This document shows positions 29,459-40,300 of a stretch of 64,000 nucleotides of DNA, piece after piece. Origin of the DNA: Candidatus Kapaibacterium sp. Lineage in GTDB: Bacteria; Bacteroidota; Ignavibacteria; Kapaibacteriales; UBA2268. The notes beneath the pieces were generated by a model that was not told the origin of the DNA, did no database searches, and saw nothing but the letters and a program-made list of their open reading frames with translations. The DNA is taken from assembly GCA_963665665.1 (NCBI GenBank), contig OY762428.1, positions 1,088,001 through 1,152,000 of the forward strand. Direction: 5' to 3'. How positions within the stretch are numbered: the first letter of the stretch is position 1; every line of letters starts with the position of its first letter. A program made the translations under genes and the position numbers.

Positions 29459-31135
29459 ATGAAAATTGAAGTAGTAATGCCAAAAATGGGCGAATCCCTC
29501 CAGGAAGGAACAATCGTAAAATGGCTGAAAAATGTTGGTGAAACCGTAGAACGTGATGAAATGATCCTGGAAATTTCCACCGACAAAGTTGATACTGAAG
29601 TACCTTCGCCAAATGACGGTACTATCGTTGAGATTCTTGCAGAAGAAAATGATACAATAGAAGTAGGTAAAGTAATAGCTATTATTGAAACTGATGCTAC
29701 TGATCAAAAATCAGAACCAGCAGAAATCATCCCGGAACCCGAGGTGGAAAAACCTGCTCCCCCTTCTGACGTTGAGACAATTGAAGTGGTAATGCCAAAG
29801 ATGGGAGAATCCCTACAGGAAGGAACTATCGTGAAATGGCTGAAAAATGTTGGGGAAACCGTTGAACGTGATGAAATGATACTTGAAATTTCTACTGATA
29901 AGGTTGATACTGAAGTGCCTTCTCCTGCTAACGGAACCTTAATCGAGGTACTTGCCGAGGAAGGTGATACAATTGAAGTAGGAAATGTTATTGCCAGGAT
30001 TACAACGGGTGGAAAAGCAGCAACACCTAAAGTAAAAACTCCTGCTCCTAAAGATTCCTCATCTGAACCGGCTAAGGAGAAATCCGAACCTGCTTACAGG
30101 CAAATTGCGGCGGGTACAACTTTCGATATTCCCCGTAAACATAATGATAAATTCTTCTCCCCGCTTGTTCGTACAATTGCCGAGAAAAACAGGATACCTC
30201 TTGAAGAACTTGAAACTTTGAAAGGGAGCGGTATTGAAGGAAGAATCACAAAGAATGACCTGCTAAAGTATATTGAAAATAAAAATTCCGGAAATATTTC
30301 AGCCTCTACAGCTGTAACAGAGAGGCCACAGACATCCCCGGCAACTGTACCAGACAGTAAACCCGTAAAAATGCCGTCTGCACAGCCGCAGTCTATGCCT
30401 GAGCAGAATATTCAGCCAATACAGGGCGACGAAGTTATTCCTATGGACAGGGTTCGCAGCCTGATTGCCGAGCACATGGTATTTTCAATGCGCACATCAG
30501 CTCATGTAACCAGTGTTGACGAAGCTGACCTTACAGGTATAGTAAAATACAGAAATAAAGTTAAAGATGAATTCTTTAAACGTGAAGGTGTAAAACTTAC
30601 ATTCATGCCTTTCTTTGCAAAAGCAGTAATCGACGCTCTTAAAGAATATCCTATGGTGAACGTAAGCGTTGACGGTAAAAATATTATCAAACACAACCGT
30701 ATCAATCTTGGTATTGCCACAGCCCTTGAAGACGGCAACCTGATTGTACCGGTTATCAAAGATGCTGATGACCTGAGTATTACAGGCCTTGCAAAAAGAA
30801 TTGCCGATCTGGCAAACAGGGCAAGAACAAAACAGTTAAGCCCCGATGAAATACAGGGAGGCACTTTTACAATAACAAACTTCGGTTCGTTCGGAACATT
30901 ATTCGGCTCACCGATTATTAATCAGCCGGAAGTAGCTATTCTCGGTGTTGGTGCGATAAAGAAACGCCCCGTTGTAAAAGAGATTGAAGGCGACTACGCT
31001 ATTGTTCCGAGAGACATCAGTTTTATATCACTCAGTTACGACCACAGAGTAGTTGACGGTATGCTGGGAGGCCTGTTTACGATGGCTGTAGTTAAAAATC
31101 TTGAAAAAATGGCAGCAGGAAATATTCAGCTATAG
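29459..31135 (+). CDS. sucB: 2-oxoacid dehydrogenase E2 (dihydrolipoamide acyltransferase, SucB-like) with two lipoyl domains
   Basis: Two EISTDKVDTEVPSP lipoyl domains, E3-binding GSGIEGRITK, catalytic SYDHRVVDG. ATG at 29459 with upstream GGAG preferred over the 29417 start. Substrate specificity not certain. Confidence 0.85.
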   Translation: MKIEVVMPKMGESLQEGTIVKWLKNVGETVERDEMILEISTDKVDTEVPSPNDGTIVEILAEENDTIEVGKVIAIIETDATDQKSEPAEIIPEPEVEKPAPPSDVETIEVVMPKMGESLQEGTIVKWLKNVGETVERDEMILEISTDKVDTEVPSPANGTLIEVLAEEGDTIEVGNVIARITTGGKAATPKVKTPAPKDSSSEPAKEKSEPAYRQIAAGTTFDIPRKHNDKFFSPLVRTIAEKNRIPLEELETLKGSGIEGRITKNDLLKYIENKNSGNISASTAVTERPQTSPATVPDSKPVKMPSAQPQSMPEQNIQPIQGDEVIPMDRVRSLIAEHMVFSMRTSAHVTSVDEADLTGIVKYRNKVKDEFFKREGVKLTFMPFFAKAVIDALKEYPMVNVSVDGKNIIKHNRINLGIATALEDGNLIVPVIKDADDLSITGLAKRIADLANRARTKQLSPDEIQGGTFTITNFGSFGTLFGSPIINQPEVAILGVGAIKKRPVVKEIEGDYAIVPRDISFISLSYDHRVVDGMLGGLFTMAVVKNLEKMAAGNIQL

Positions 31136-31154
31136 TATTCATATATTTTTTGAT

Positions 31155-31197
31155 AAAAAAAAACATCCGCCTGATAAAACCCGGCGGATGTTTTTTT
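31155..31197. terminator. Bidirectional intrinsic terminator between convergent genes
   Basis: A-run + CATCCGCC ... GGCGGATG + T-run. Confidence 0.85.
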
Positions 31198-31230
31198 ATA
31201 ATATATTTTTATAATAAATATTATTACAGT

Positions 31231-34200
31231 TTATTTTACCACTACAAACTTTGCTGCGGCAACTTCTTTTCCACTTCTGACTATCAGCCAGAAAACACCG
31301 GAAGAAAGTTTGGAAACGTTAAATTCCATTTCAGTTAATCCCTGGCTAAGGGTTTTCTTATTACCAGGTAATACCAGATTACCAATATTATCGCAAATAG
31401 AAATTTCAGCTTCCATGAATGTACCGCTATTTATTTCAGCAGTTAAAATACCATTTGAATTTTCGTGTACTGATAAAATTTTCAAAAGGCCGGAACTAAG
31501 TCCGCCATTAGATTCAAATACATCACTATCTTTCAGAACTGTCAGTTTTGCAGCATCGGATTCGGCCTCGCCGCACTCACCGATTATCTCACAATGGTAC
31601 ATACCAGAATCAGCCATCGAAACACCTTCTATCATCAGGCTGTCAGATTTCATATTTAATATTTCCTGGCCGTCTTTGAACCATTGATATTCCAGGTCTT
31701 TACCTAAGGCTTCAACTTTAAAGACAACATTTGAATTTTCTTTTATCGTTTTATCCTCGGGACTTTGGCTTACTTCAGTTCCTTTAACAACAGTTAGCCG
31801 TACAGGGTCGCTTTCAGCCACCGGCTGGCAAAAGCCGCCAACAGAAACAGTATAATCTCCGGCATCAGTCATTCGAACTTCAGTAAGAACCAGAACAGAA
31901 TCTGTAGCACCGTTAATGGGATTGCCATTCAGGTTCCAGGCATAATTAATTTTTTCTCCATGAGCATGGCATTCAAGCATAAACTCTCCGCCCTCACATA
32001 CTATCAATTCTTCCGGCATTGCTATAAGCTCGTCAATTTCCGGTTTGGAAAGTATTGTTATAGGCTCGGCACAGGATGATGAAACACCGGTTCCGTGAGA
32101 AACCCTGATATTATAGTCATTTCCTGGAGTAAGGTCAGAAGGTATCGACCACCAGTATTCGTCAGTAATAGTATCTTTAACAATAGTTGTCCAGGAAGAC
32201 GAAGAATTGCCTGTATATTCAATCGTAAATTTTTCTCCTGATATAAAGCCATTTGAAATCCAGCTGATCTTGATATCAGTTCCCGGACAATACTCTTCAC
32301 CGCCATAAGGGCCGTTAAGGTATATTTCAGCATTAACATTTTTAAATATAAAACCGTCGTAATCACCACCGCCATATTCCGATTGCAAAGTAAAATCAGT
32401 CATTGCAATATTTTCAGATTCTCCATAACCGGCTACATATATATCACCCCTGTCGTCGAAAACAACACCTGTACCGTATTCTTCATACCTTCCTCCGAAA
32501 TACATTAAATTGGGAATATCACTGCCATCGGAAGTACATTCAATAAATACGATATCCCTTGCTCCATGATTTTCGGTTGGGTTTCCTGATTTTTTCGGTA
32601 AATCAGTTGAATTGGAATATCCTACGATCGTTAAAGATCCATTAACAGGATTTTTTCTCATGTCAACTGCGATATCTTCACCTTTACCACCAACAAGCGT
32701 AGAGAAAAGCAATTCCTGGTTTGCAGCCCACCAGGACGATTCCCTTAATTTATCAAGTTTGGCAACAAATATATCTTTATCGCCACGAATATCAGATTCA
32801 AAGGCATTGTCCGAAATAGGGAAAGTTTGTTCCCCGGGTTCTTTTTCAGTATACCCGGTAATAAACAATGTACCATCATTATCTACTACGCATGCAGTAC
32901 CAACATCATCAGAAATACCGCCAAAATATCCGGAATAAATAACATTACCGCCATTACCTGACAGCTTTACTGCAAAAGCATCGTATCCGCCATTATAAGT
33001 ATAATCAAAAGGTTTTTCAAATACTCTGTTATACCAAATCCTGAGTGGAATTGTTGGGAAATCACCTGAATTAGTTTTACCGGTTATATAGACGATACCG
33101 TCATTATCAATATCAATACCATAGGCAATATCATCAGCTCCACCACATATTTTAGTTGAAAAAACAGGAGTGCCACCGTCTTCATCATATTTTGTTACAT
33201 AGGCATCCCAAAGGCCTGAGTAATCAGGAGAATAATCTGATTTTACATAAAAATTTCTCGATTTAGTACCGCCGGCAACATAAGCATTTCCGTCCCTGTC
33301 AACCCTCATGCAATGAAGTTCTTCAACATCGGTTCCACCCAAAAATGTAGAATACAGGAGGTCGTCACCTGTTGGAAGGAATTTCGCTATAAATGCATCC
33401 ACTTTATCAGCATATTCCAACTGGCCCGGGCGGTATTGCGGCAGGTCGTCAGAATCAGTAACGCCGGCAAGATAAATATTCCCCCACCTGTCAATAGCAA
33501 CCTGTGTTGCAATATCGTCTGCGGAACCACCAAAAATTGTTGATAAAATCAATTCCGGTTCAGCACCTGAAAGTTTCATTAGTGTGAAGAAAGCATCCTG
33601 CTCTCCGTTGAACTCAGTATCATAAGTTCCCGGAGTAATTGTAATGTCTGTTGATTCGGTAACACCGCCAATTACAAACTTACCGTCTTCCATATAATCA
33701 ACGGAGTTAATTTTGTCAGCACTGCTACCGCCAAAATAACTTGCAAAAACAACAGGATCAATGATTAGTTCTTTCGTTTTGTCATAATCGCCAATTGCAA
33801 AATTTATTTTATTACCAACAATGTTAAAACTACAATCAATCGTTTTTGTCTCATTGTCAATTTTCTGAAAAGCTAATAATTTGCCGTTATAGAGCTTTCC
33901 GAACCTGGTATTGATAGCAATTCCTTTTTCACCGGCATTCGCAATCTTATCAGACCCTTCAATTATTAATTCGATTAATTCAGGATCTGCTCCCGGAGAA
34001 ACAATAAAATCATATCGCGGGAAACCATTGTCGGTCATGATTTTTAAATCGATACCTTCATAAATATCTCTTATAATCAGATTTTTATAAGCGGAAGCAC
34101 CTTTAATCCATTTTCGGGTATCCTTACCCTTAAGGTAATTATATTTTGATACAGCATTTCCAATAGGCTCAATATTAAAATTATTTATATCGCCTGTAGA

Positions 34201-34470
34201 CAAGCTGATAACATGGCCGTGAACAAAAAATTCCGACGACTCTTTATCAATTTCAAACAAGTCAAACACCAAAGATTGTTTAGTTATAGCAAATTTAAGA
34301 TTCTTGGATCGATATAAAAACTTAACATTGTGATCCCATTGACCCTTATTTTCGATAAAACCAAAATTATCAGGAATACCTTCAGCAGGAATATTCTTTT
34401 CATTGGCATGGAGTGATAAGGATGTAATTTGGAATAAAATTCCGATTAGTAGTAGGTAGGTAATTTGCAT
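31231..34470 (-). CDS. SBBP beta-propeller repeat protein with Ig-like domains and probable T9SS CTD
   Basis: FIENKGQW and LIIDP N-domain, repeated STxxGGS.DD....D..GN.Y.AG.T.S.DF units, two Ig domains (W.LNG/W.KDG...D.G.Y), C-terminal LSSGVFW...KFVV. Confidence 0.85.
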   Translation of the reverse strand: MQITYLLLIGILFQITSLSLHANEKNIPAEGIPDNFGFIENKGQWDHNVKFLYRSKNLKFAITKQSLVFDLFEIDKESSEFFVHGHVISLSTGDINNFNIEPIGNAVSKYNYLKGKDTRKWIKGASAYKNLIIRDIYEGIDLKIMTDNGFPRYDFIVSPGADPELIELIIEGSDKIANAGEKGIAINTRFGKLYNGKLLAFQKIDNETKTIDCSFNIVGNKINFAIGDYDKTKELIIDPVVFASYFGGSSADKINSVDYMEDGKFVIGGVTESTDITITPGTYDTEFNGEQDAFFTLMKLSGAEPELILSTIFGGSADDIATQVAIDRWGNIYLAGVTDSDDLPQYRPGQLEYADKVDAFIAKFLPTGDDLLYSTFLGGTDVEELHCMRVDRDGNAYVAGGTKSRNFYVKSDYSPDYSGLWDAYVTKYDEDGGTPVFSTKICGGADDIAYGIDIDNDGIVYITGKTNSGDFPTIPLRIWYNRVFEKPFDYTYNGGYDAFAVKLSGNGGNVIYSGYFGGISDDVGTACVVDNDGTLFITGYTEKEPGEQTFPISDNAFESDIRGDKDIFVAKLDKLRESSWWAANQELLFSTLVGGKGEDIAVDMRKNPVNGSLTIVGYSNSTDLPKKSGNPTENHGARDIVFIECTSDGSDIPNLMYFGGRYEEYGTGVVFDDRGDIYVAGYGESENIAMTDFTLQSEYGGGDYDGFIFKNVNAEIYLNGPYGGEEYCPGTDIKISWISNGFISGEKFTIEYTGNSSSSWTTIVKDTITDEYWWSIPSDLTPGNDYNIRVSHGTGVSSSCAEPITILSKPEIDELIAMPEELIVCEGGEFMLECHAHGEKINYAWNLNGNPINGATDSVLVLTEVRMTDAGDYTVSVGGFCQPVAESDPVRLTVVKGTEVSQSPEDKTIKENSNVVFKVEALGKDLEYQWFKDGQEILNMKSDSLMIEGVSMADSGMYHCEIIGECGEAESDAAKLTVLKDSDVFESNGGLSSGLLKILSVHENSNGILTAEINSGTFMEAEISICDNIGNLVLPGNKKTLSQGLTEMEFNVSKLSSGVFWLIVRSGKEVAAAKFVVVK

Positions 34471-34612
34471 TTTTAGCCCCGAAACAAATTAAAAAAAATT
34501 ATTTACACATCAATACCCGATTAGCGGGTATCCCCTTGGTAATGGCATCTGTAATTATAACCAGTTAAAACAATATTTGTTACATAGCAATGCAATAAGA
34601 TTTGGATATTTT

Positions 34613-35680
34613 TCAGTAATTTTTCAAAATTTCAAGGATTTTCTTCATGTCATCCGGCAAATCAGAAGAAAAACTTAGTCTTTCGCCACTGACCGGATGA
34701 GTAAATTCCAGTATACCAGCATGAAGCATTTGTCTCTGTGCAACATCCAGACATCTTTCTGCCATTTTTCTGAATTCTGGTAATTGGCCGCCGAATTTCA
34801 CTTTGGCGCCCCCATACTCGCTGTCCCCGAGAATAGGATGATGATTAAATGCAAGATGCACCCTTATCTGGTGTGTCCTGCCTGTGTGCAGCTTAATTTT
34901 TAGTAGAGTGAAATGCCTGAATCTTTCAAGTACCTGATAATCAGTACGTGCATATTTCCCGCCGCGTTTTACTATCGCAAACTGTTTTCTGTATTTCGGC
35001 GAACGGCCAATATCACCTTCTATAGTACCTTCATCCTTGTCAAATTCTCCCCATGCAATTGTATAATAATATTTGCCAATAGTCCTGTCTGCGAATTGCT
35101 CCGCCAATTTTGCATGAATATCCGGATTTTTTGCAATCACCATAGTACCGCTGGTATCTTTATCAAGGCGGTGAACAATACCGGGCCTTACTTCCATTGA
35201 AGCAAAAATTTTCTCATCAGGCTCCTCAATAAATTCAGTGTCAACTTCAATATTTTCGCGCTTACCTGTATGCCACAAAACTGCATTCACAAGAGTGCCA
35301 TAGCGATTACCAAATCCCGGGTGGCTTACCATTCCCGGTGGTTTATTTACTACCAGCAGATATTCATCTTCAAAAATAATATCAAGCGGAATATTCTCCG
35401 GAACAAGTACTACAGGCGGTGGTTTCATTATCGTACAGCGAATATTGTCTCCGGGTTGTATCTTTCTGCTGTGCTTTGATACTTCTCCATTAACAAGTAC
35501 CTGCTCAGCATCAATAGCTTTTTGCACTTTCGTGCGAGAGGCATTGGTAATGCTTCTTGTAAGAAATCGATCCAGCCTTTCCGGGCTTTGATTCTGTGTA
35601 ATATTAAATTCAAACACTTTTTCGACGTAGTCGGGATAATTTCTTTTGTCCTCAAATTCATTTTCATCAATATCACTCAT
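34613..35680 (-). CDS. rluD: RluA-family 23S rRNA pseudouridine synthase with S4 domain
   Basis: ERLDRFL S4 domain, VNKPPG, GIVHRLDKDTSG, TGRTHQIRVH motifs. Confidence 0.92.
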   Translation of the reverse strand: MSDIDENEFEDKRNYPDYVEKVFEFNITQNQSPERLDRFLTRSITNASRTKVQKAIDAEQVLVNGEVSKHSRKIQPGDNIRCTIMKPPPVVLVPENIPLDIIFEDEYLLVVNKPPGMVSHPGFGNRYGTLVNAVLWHTGKRENIEVDTEFIEEPDEKIFASMEVRPGIVHRLDKDTSGTMVIAKNPDIHAKLAEQFADRTIGKYYYTIAWGEFDKDEGTIEGDIGRSPKYRKQFAIVKRGGKYARTDYQVLERFRHFTLLKIKLHTGRTHQIRVHLAFNHHPILGDSEYGGAKVKFGGQLPEFRKMAERCLDVAQRQMLHAGILEFTHPVSGERLSFSSDLPDDMKKILEILKNY

Positions 35681-36360
35681 ATCGTATTTCTCGCATTCTC
35701 ATCATTATCATCAATTAACTTATCCGTTCCAACATCACCATCCTTCTTTTTGGGAAATACTTCCGAAAATGAAGGGATTTTGCTATTGAACAACAAAAGA
35801 AAAACCACTCCCACGGTAACACATGAGTCAGCTACATTGAACACCGGAAAATGAGTATAATACAAACCCAGAAAGTCTACATCAGGAATATCAACCTGTA
35901 CAAAATCCACTACTTTACCATAGAAAATCGGAGATTCCCCATAGAACACTCCATAGAACACCCTGTCAATTAAATTCCCTACTGCTCCGGCAAATATCAG
36001 CATTATACCTGTTTTAACACCAGGATGGAAAAATCTGATTTTATATAGGTATATTCCAAGGGCTATACTGGCAAATACAGAAAACAAACTTAGGAATATT
36101 TTTGCTGCTCCAAAACTAATTCCAAAAGCCATTCCTGCATTTTCCACAAAAGTAAATTGAATAAAATCTCCCCAAACTTCTACAGCTTCTCCCAGGTAAA
36201 AGCCTTCATGCTTAAAACCGAAAAGATTGAAGCCCTTTACAGATATTTTAGTAAGCTGATCAAAAATAATTAGTAAGAATGCTGTAAGAAAAAACAGCCT
36301 GGCTTTATTATCATTTTTTTCCAAATCTGCACCTTCTTTATAAAAAAAGGGACATTTCAA
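35677..36360 (-). CDS. lspA: Lipoprotein signal peptidase II
   Basis: DQLTK, N.GMAFG, GAVGNLIDR, VVDF and PVFNVADS motifs; true start may be the TTG at 36324. Confidence 0.93.
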   Translation of the reverse strand: MKCPFFYKEGADLEKNDNKARLFFLTAFLLIIFDQLTKISVKGFNLFGFKHEGFYLGEAVEVWGDFIQFTFVENAGMAFGISFGAAKIFLSLFSVFASIALGIYLYKIRFFHPGVKTGIMLIFAGAVGNLIDRVFYGVFYGESPIFYGKVVDFVQVDIPDVDFLGLYYTHFPVFNVADSCVTVGVVFLLLFNSKIPSFSEVFPKKKDGDVGTDKLIDDNDENARNTI

Positions 36361-36396
36361 TAAAACGCCCCCATGAATATTTAATTCCGGCCCCGA

Positions 36397-37164
36397 TTAA
36401 CCGTTTCTGGCTTCAATACGGTCAATACCGTCTTCCGGGCATTTCTGGTGTATTTTATAGGATGCCGACAGTGTTGTTATCGGCACAGCCATCAGTCTTG
36501 CTTTTGCGATTAAACACCCGCAAACCCTGCAAACACCATAAGTTTTATCTTTTATACGATTCAAGGCTTCATCAAGTTTCTTAATATAATCATGAATTCT
36601 CTGTATCTGAGCATAAGTTTTTTCTTTCTCCAAAGCTTCAGAGCCCTGCTCGGCCATGTGCATTGAATATATCATACTCTCTTCAGCAAAATCATAATTA
36701 GTAAGGTCTTCCAGCCTGTCTTTCAGCATACGAAGTTCATCCAAAGCTTCATTTTTGGATTCCATAATGATATTCCTGAACATATCAAGGTCTTCATCAG
36801 AGTACCTGAGTGAAGGATCGTAAGGCCTTTTAGCCTTTTCTTCGGCAGCATTCTGCAATTTGGGCCTTCCTGATTCAGATATTTCATTATTGGGATCAAT
36901 CTTTTTCGTTTCGGCTTTTGTTGATTTTTTTGCAGTTGTCTTCTTTGCCGTAGTTTTTTTAGCAGTAGATTTTGCTGCTGTCGTTTTTTTCGTAGCAGTT
37001 TTGGCTTTAGTATTAGCTTCGGCCTTATCGGCAGTTTTTGCTGTTTTAGTGGTCGATTTCTTTGCAGCAGTTTTCTTAGCCGTAGATTTTTTGGCCGTAG
37101 TCTTTTTAGCAGTAGTTTTTTTCTCTTCTGCTTCAGGCTCTTTTTTTGTTGTTTTTTTGGCCAT
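36397..37164 (-). CDS. dksA: DksA/TraR-family regulator with histone H1-like Lys/Ala/Thr-rich N-terminal extension
   Basis: KKTTAKK repeats, coiled coil, ALNRIKDKTYGVCRVCG..I...RL.AVP; lies between ileS and lspA. Confidence 0.8.
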   Translation of the reverse strand: MAKKTTKKEPEAEEKKTTAKKTTAKKSTAKKTAAKKSTTKTAKTADKAEANTKAKTATKKTTAAKSTAKKTTAKKTTAKKSTKAETKKIDPNNEISESGRPKLQNAAEEKAKRPYDPSLRYSDEDLDMFRNIIMESKNEALDELRMLKDRLEDLTNYDFAEESMIYSMHMAEQGSEALEKEKTYAQIQRIHDYIKKLDEALNRIKDKTYGVCRVCGCLIAKARLMAVPITTLSASYKIHQKCPEDGIDRIEARNG

Positions 37165-37355
37165 AATAATTCTCCTATTAACTTTGTCTTATTATCATTT
37201 TTTTTATTATCCGGCCTAAATATAATTATATACTCTGCCCCATTTTAGCAGTTTAATCGTTGCTCCGCTTAATTTGCCTGACGATATACCTACTCTCTGT
37301 CATGCTGTTCTACGGCCTAAGATAATAAAGAACTATATCAATTGCAATCAAATAA

Positions 37356-40300
37356 TTACTTTTTCACTAAAGAAATTGTTACAATTTCTTCATCAATATC
37401 AATTTTTTCTCCCGAAAGAGACTCTACCCTTAAAATTTCTTCCGCAAGAGTTTCGTTTGCAATATAATCATTCATTTCAATAATTGCTTTACTTAAAATT
37501 TCTGAAGCGTCGAAACTGATAGAAATCCTGTCAGTAACATCAAACCCTGAACTTTTCCTTAGATTCTGTACCCTGTTAACAAATTCCCTTGCCAAACCTT
37601 CGGTTATCAGCTCATTATCAAGCTGGGTATCCAAAGCAACAGTTGTACCATGCTCGGTGGCTACCAGCCATCCTTCAATATCTTCACTTTGAATCTCGAT
37701 ATCCTCGTTCAGTATCTCAACGTTTTCGTCACCAATATTAAGATTATAACAGCCCTTTGTTTCAAGGTCATTAATCTGTTCAGAATTCATTCCGCGAATC
37801 GCATTTGCCACAGGCTGTGTTTTCTTGCCGAATTTCTTTCCAATTGTCTTGAAGTTCGGTTTGGCTGTTTTTTTAACAATATCTGAAGTATCATCAGTAA
37901 CGAATTCAACAGCCTTGATATTCAATTCATCGGCAATAATATGTTCTACGGCCTGTATATCTCTTCTTTCCTCTGCACTGAGTACGGGTATCAAAATCCT
38001 GCGTAAAGGCTGCCTTGTACGAATACGCGCTTTTTCCCTGAGCGACCTTGCCAGGTTAACAATCACCTGTGCCTTTTCCATTCTTCTTTCCAACTCGGGA
38101 TCAATATTTTCCCCGACAGGCTTGGGAAGGAATGTAAGATGAATTGATTCAGGTTCACTCTGCTTCTTTAGCCTCAGGAACAACGTTTCTCCGAGGAAAG
38201 GAGCAGTAGGTGATATCAATGAAGCAATTTTCAACATTACTTCCCTTAATGTCTGGTAAGCAGACAGCTTATCATTATCCATCTCGCCTTTCCAGAAACG
38301 ACGACGGTTACGCCTGATATACCAGTTAGACAGTTCATATATTGTAAAACTCTGAATGGCTCGTTGCGCTTTTGTCAGTTCGAACTCTTTCATAAGCTCC
38401 ATATATTCTTTAACCAGAGAATTAACACGTGAAATTATCCAGCGGTCAAATTCCGGACGTTCTGATACCGGAATTTCTTCTTCATTACCGGTAAAATTAT
38501 CAATATTTGCATAGAGTGTGAAGAATGCATAAGTATTTGTAAGCGACCTGAAGAAATCCGAAATAACTGTTTTCGCAATATCTTCAGGATTGAACAATGT
38601 TGCACGCCAGGGCGGGTTATTTACAAATAAATACCAGCGTACAGCGTCTGCCCCGTATTTTTCCATCATCTCGAACGGATCAACAGTATTGCCTTTTGAT
38701 TTAGACATTTTTACGCCGTTCTTATCAAGAATTAATTCATTTACGACGATATTCCTAAAAGCAGGCTTGCCAAAAATAGCTGATGCAATATTGTGAAGCG
38801 TATAGAACCAGCCTCTTGTCTGGTCAATACCCTCGGCAATAAAATCGCCGGGGAACATTGATTCAAATAATTCTTTATTTTCGAACGGGTAGTGATACTG
38901 CGCGAAAGGCATAGCGCCGGAATCAAACCAAACATCAATCACTTCATGTACGCGTCGGTAGGTCTGGCCGTTCTTTTCAAATATCACATTATCAACGAAG
39001 GGTCGGTGAAGGTCAGTTTCTATTCCACATTCTTTTACCGCTACTCTTCTGCCGTCCTCAAATTCATATAGCCCCTGCTCGAGATCTTCAATGGAACCAA
39101 GAGCAAACATATCTTTTTTATCTTCAGAAACCCATATAGGAAGCGGTGTACCCCAGAATCTGTCGCGTGAAAGCGACCAGTCTTTAACTTCTTCCAGCCA
39201 GTTCCCGAACCTTCCGGTCCCGATTTCAGGAGGCTGCCAGGTTATCTCTTTATTAAGGCCAATCATTTTTTCTTTATATTCGGGAGATTTAATAAACCAC
39301 GACTCCCTTGCATAATACATAATCGGGTTACCGGTTCTCCAGCAATGCGGGTAACTGTGAAGATAATCGTTAGTGGAACGGTAGATTTTATCCATTTTTT
39401 TAAGTTCAATTACGATATCTTTGTCGGAACCCTCTTCCTTGTGATCTTCATATTCAAAGTTCTTGATAGCCCTTCCTGCAAACGGGCCGAGTTCCTCGGT
39501 AAAATGGCCGTTTGCTGTAACCGGCTGCACAAAGGGAAGATTATGAAGCCTTGACATCCTGTAATCGTCTTCACCGAAAGCCGGAGCCATGTGAACAACA
39601 CCTGTACCATCTTCGGTTGTTACAAAATCACCGGCAAGAACAGAAAGTGCATTAGGATGCTTTTCCATATCAAGCTTTACATAATCGAATATCTGCTCGT
39701 ATCTTGTTCCTACAATTTCGCTGCCTTTGAACTCTTTCAGAATTTCGTAATCGCCATCAAGCGCTCCGAGCCTCGATTTTGCCAGAACCAGCGTATCTTC
39801 TAAAGTATTCTCTTTAAATTTTCTTATATTTTTGATAAGGACATAATCAATATCTTCGCCTACAGCCAGGGCTACATTCGCAAACAATGTCCAGGGTGTT
39901 GTAGTCCATACCATTATCCTGGCATCTTCAATTTCTTTTATCGGCGAGGATGTTATTTTAAGTTTCAGATAGCAATTCGGGTCGCGCACGTCGCGATAGT
40001 TCTGTGCAAGTTCATGCGAGCTTAGAGGCGTTTCAATTGTAGGAGACTGCGGAACAACTTTAAATCCGCGATAGATCAGGCCTTTGTCAAAAAATTGTTT
40101 AAGAGCCCACCAGACTGATTCTACATATTCCTGAGTACATGTGATATAAGCAGAATCCAGGTCAATCCAGTAGCCCATCCTGTCGGTAAGGTAACGCCAG
40201 CCGTCAGCCATGTCAATATTTTTATAGACAAATTCTTTACAGGCAGCATTGAATTTATCAATTCCATATTCCTCAACATCAGCCTTATCCTTCAATCCGA

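Noticed and set aside
29459-30000. Internal duplication in the E2 gene
   Set aside because: Tandem lipoyl domains are normal for E2 subunits.
36860-37219. Hydrophobic repeat ORF antisense to dksA
   Set aside because: Mirror of the KKTTAKK repeats.
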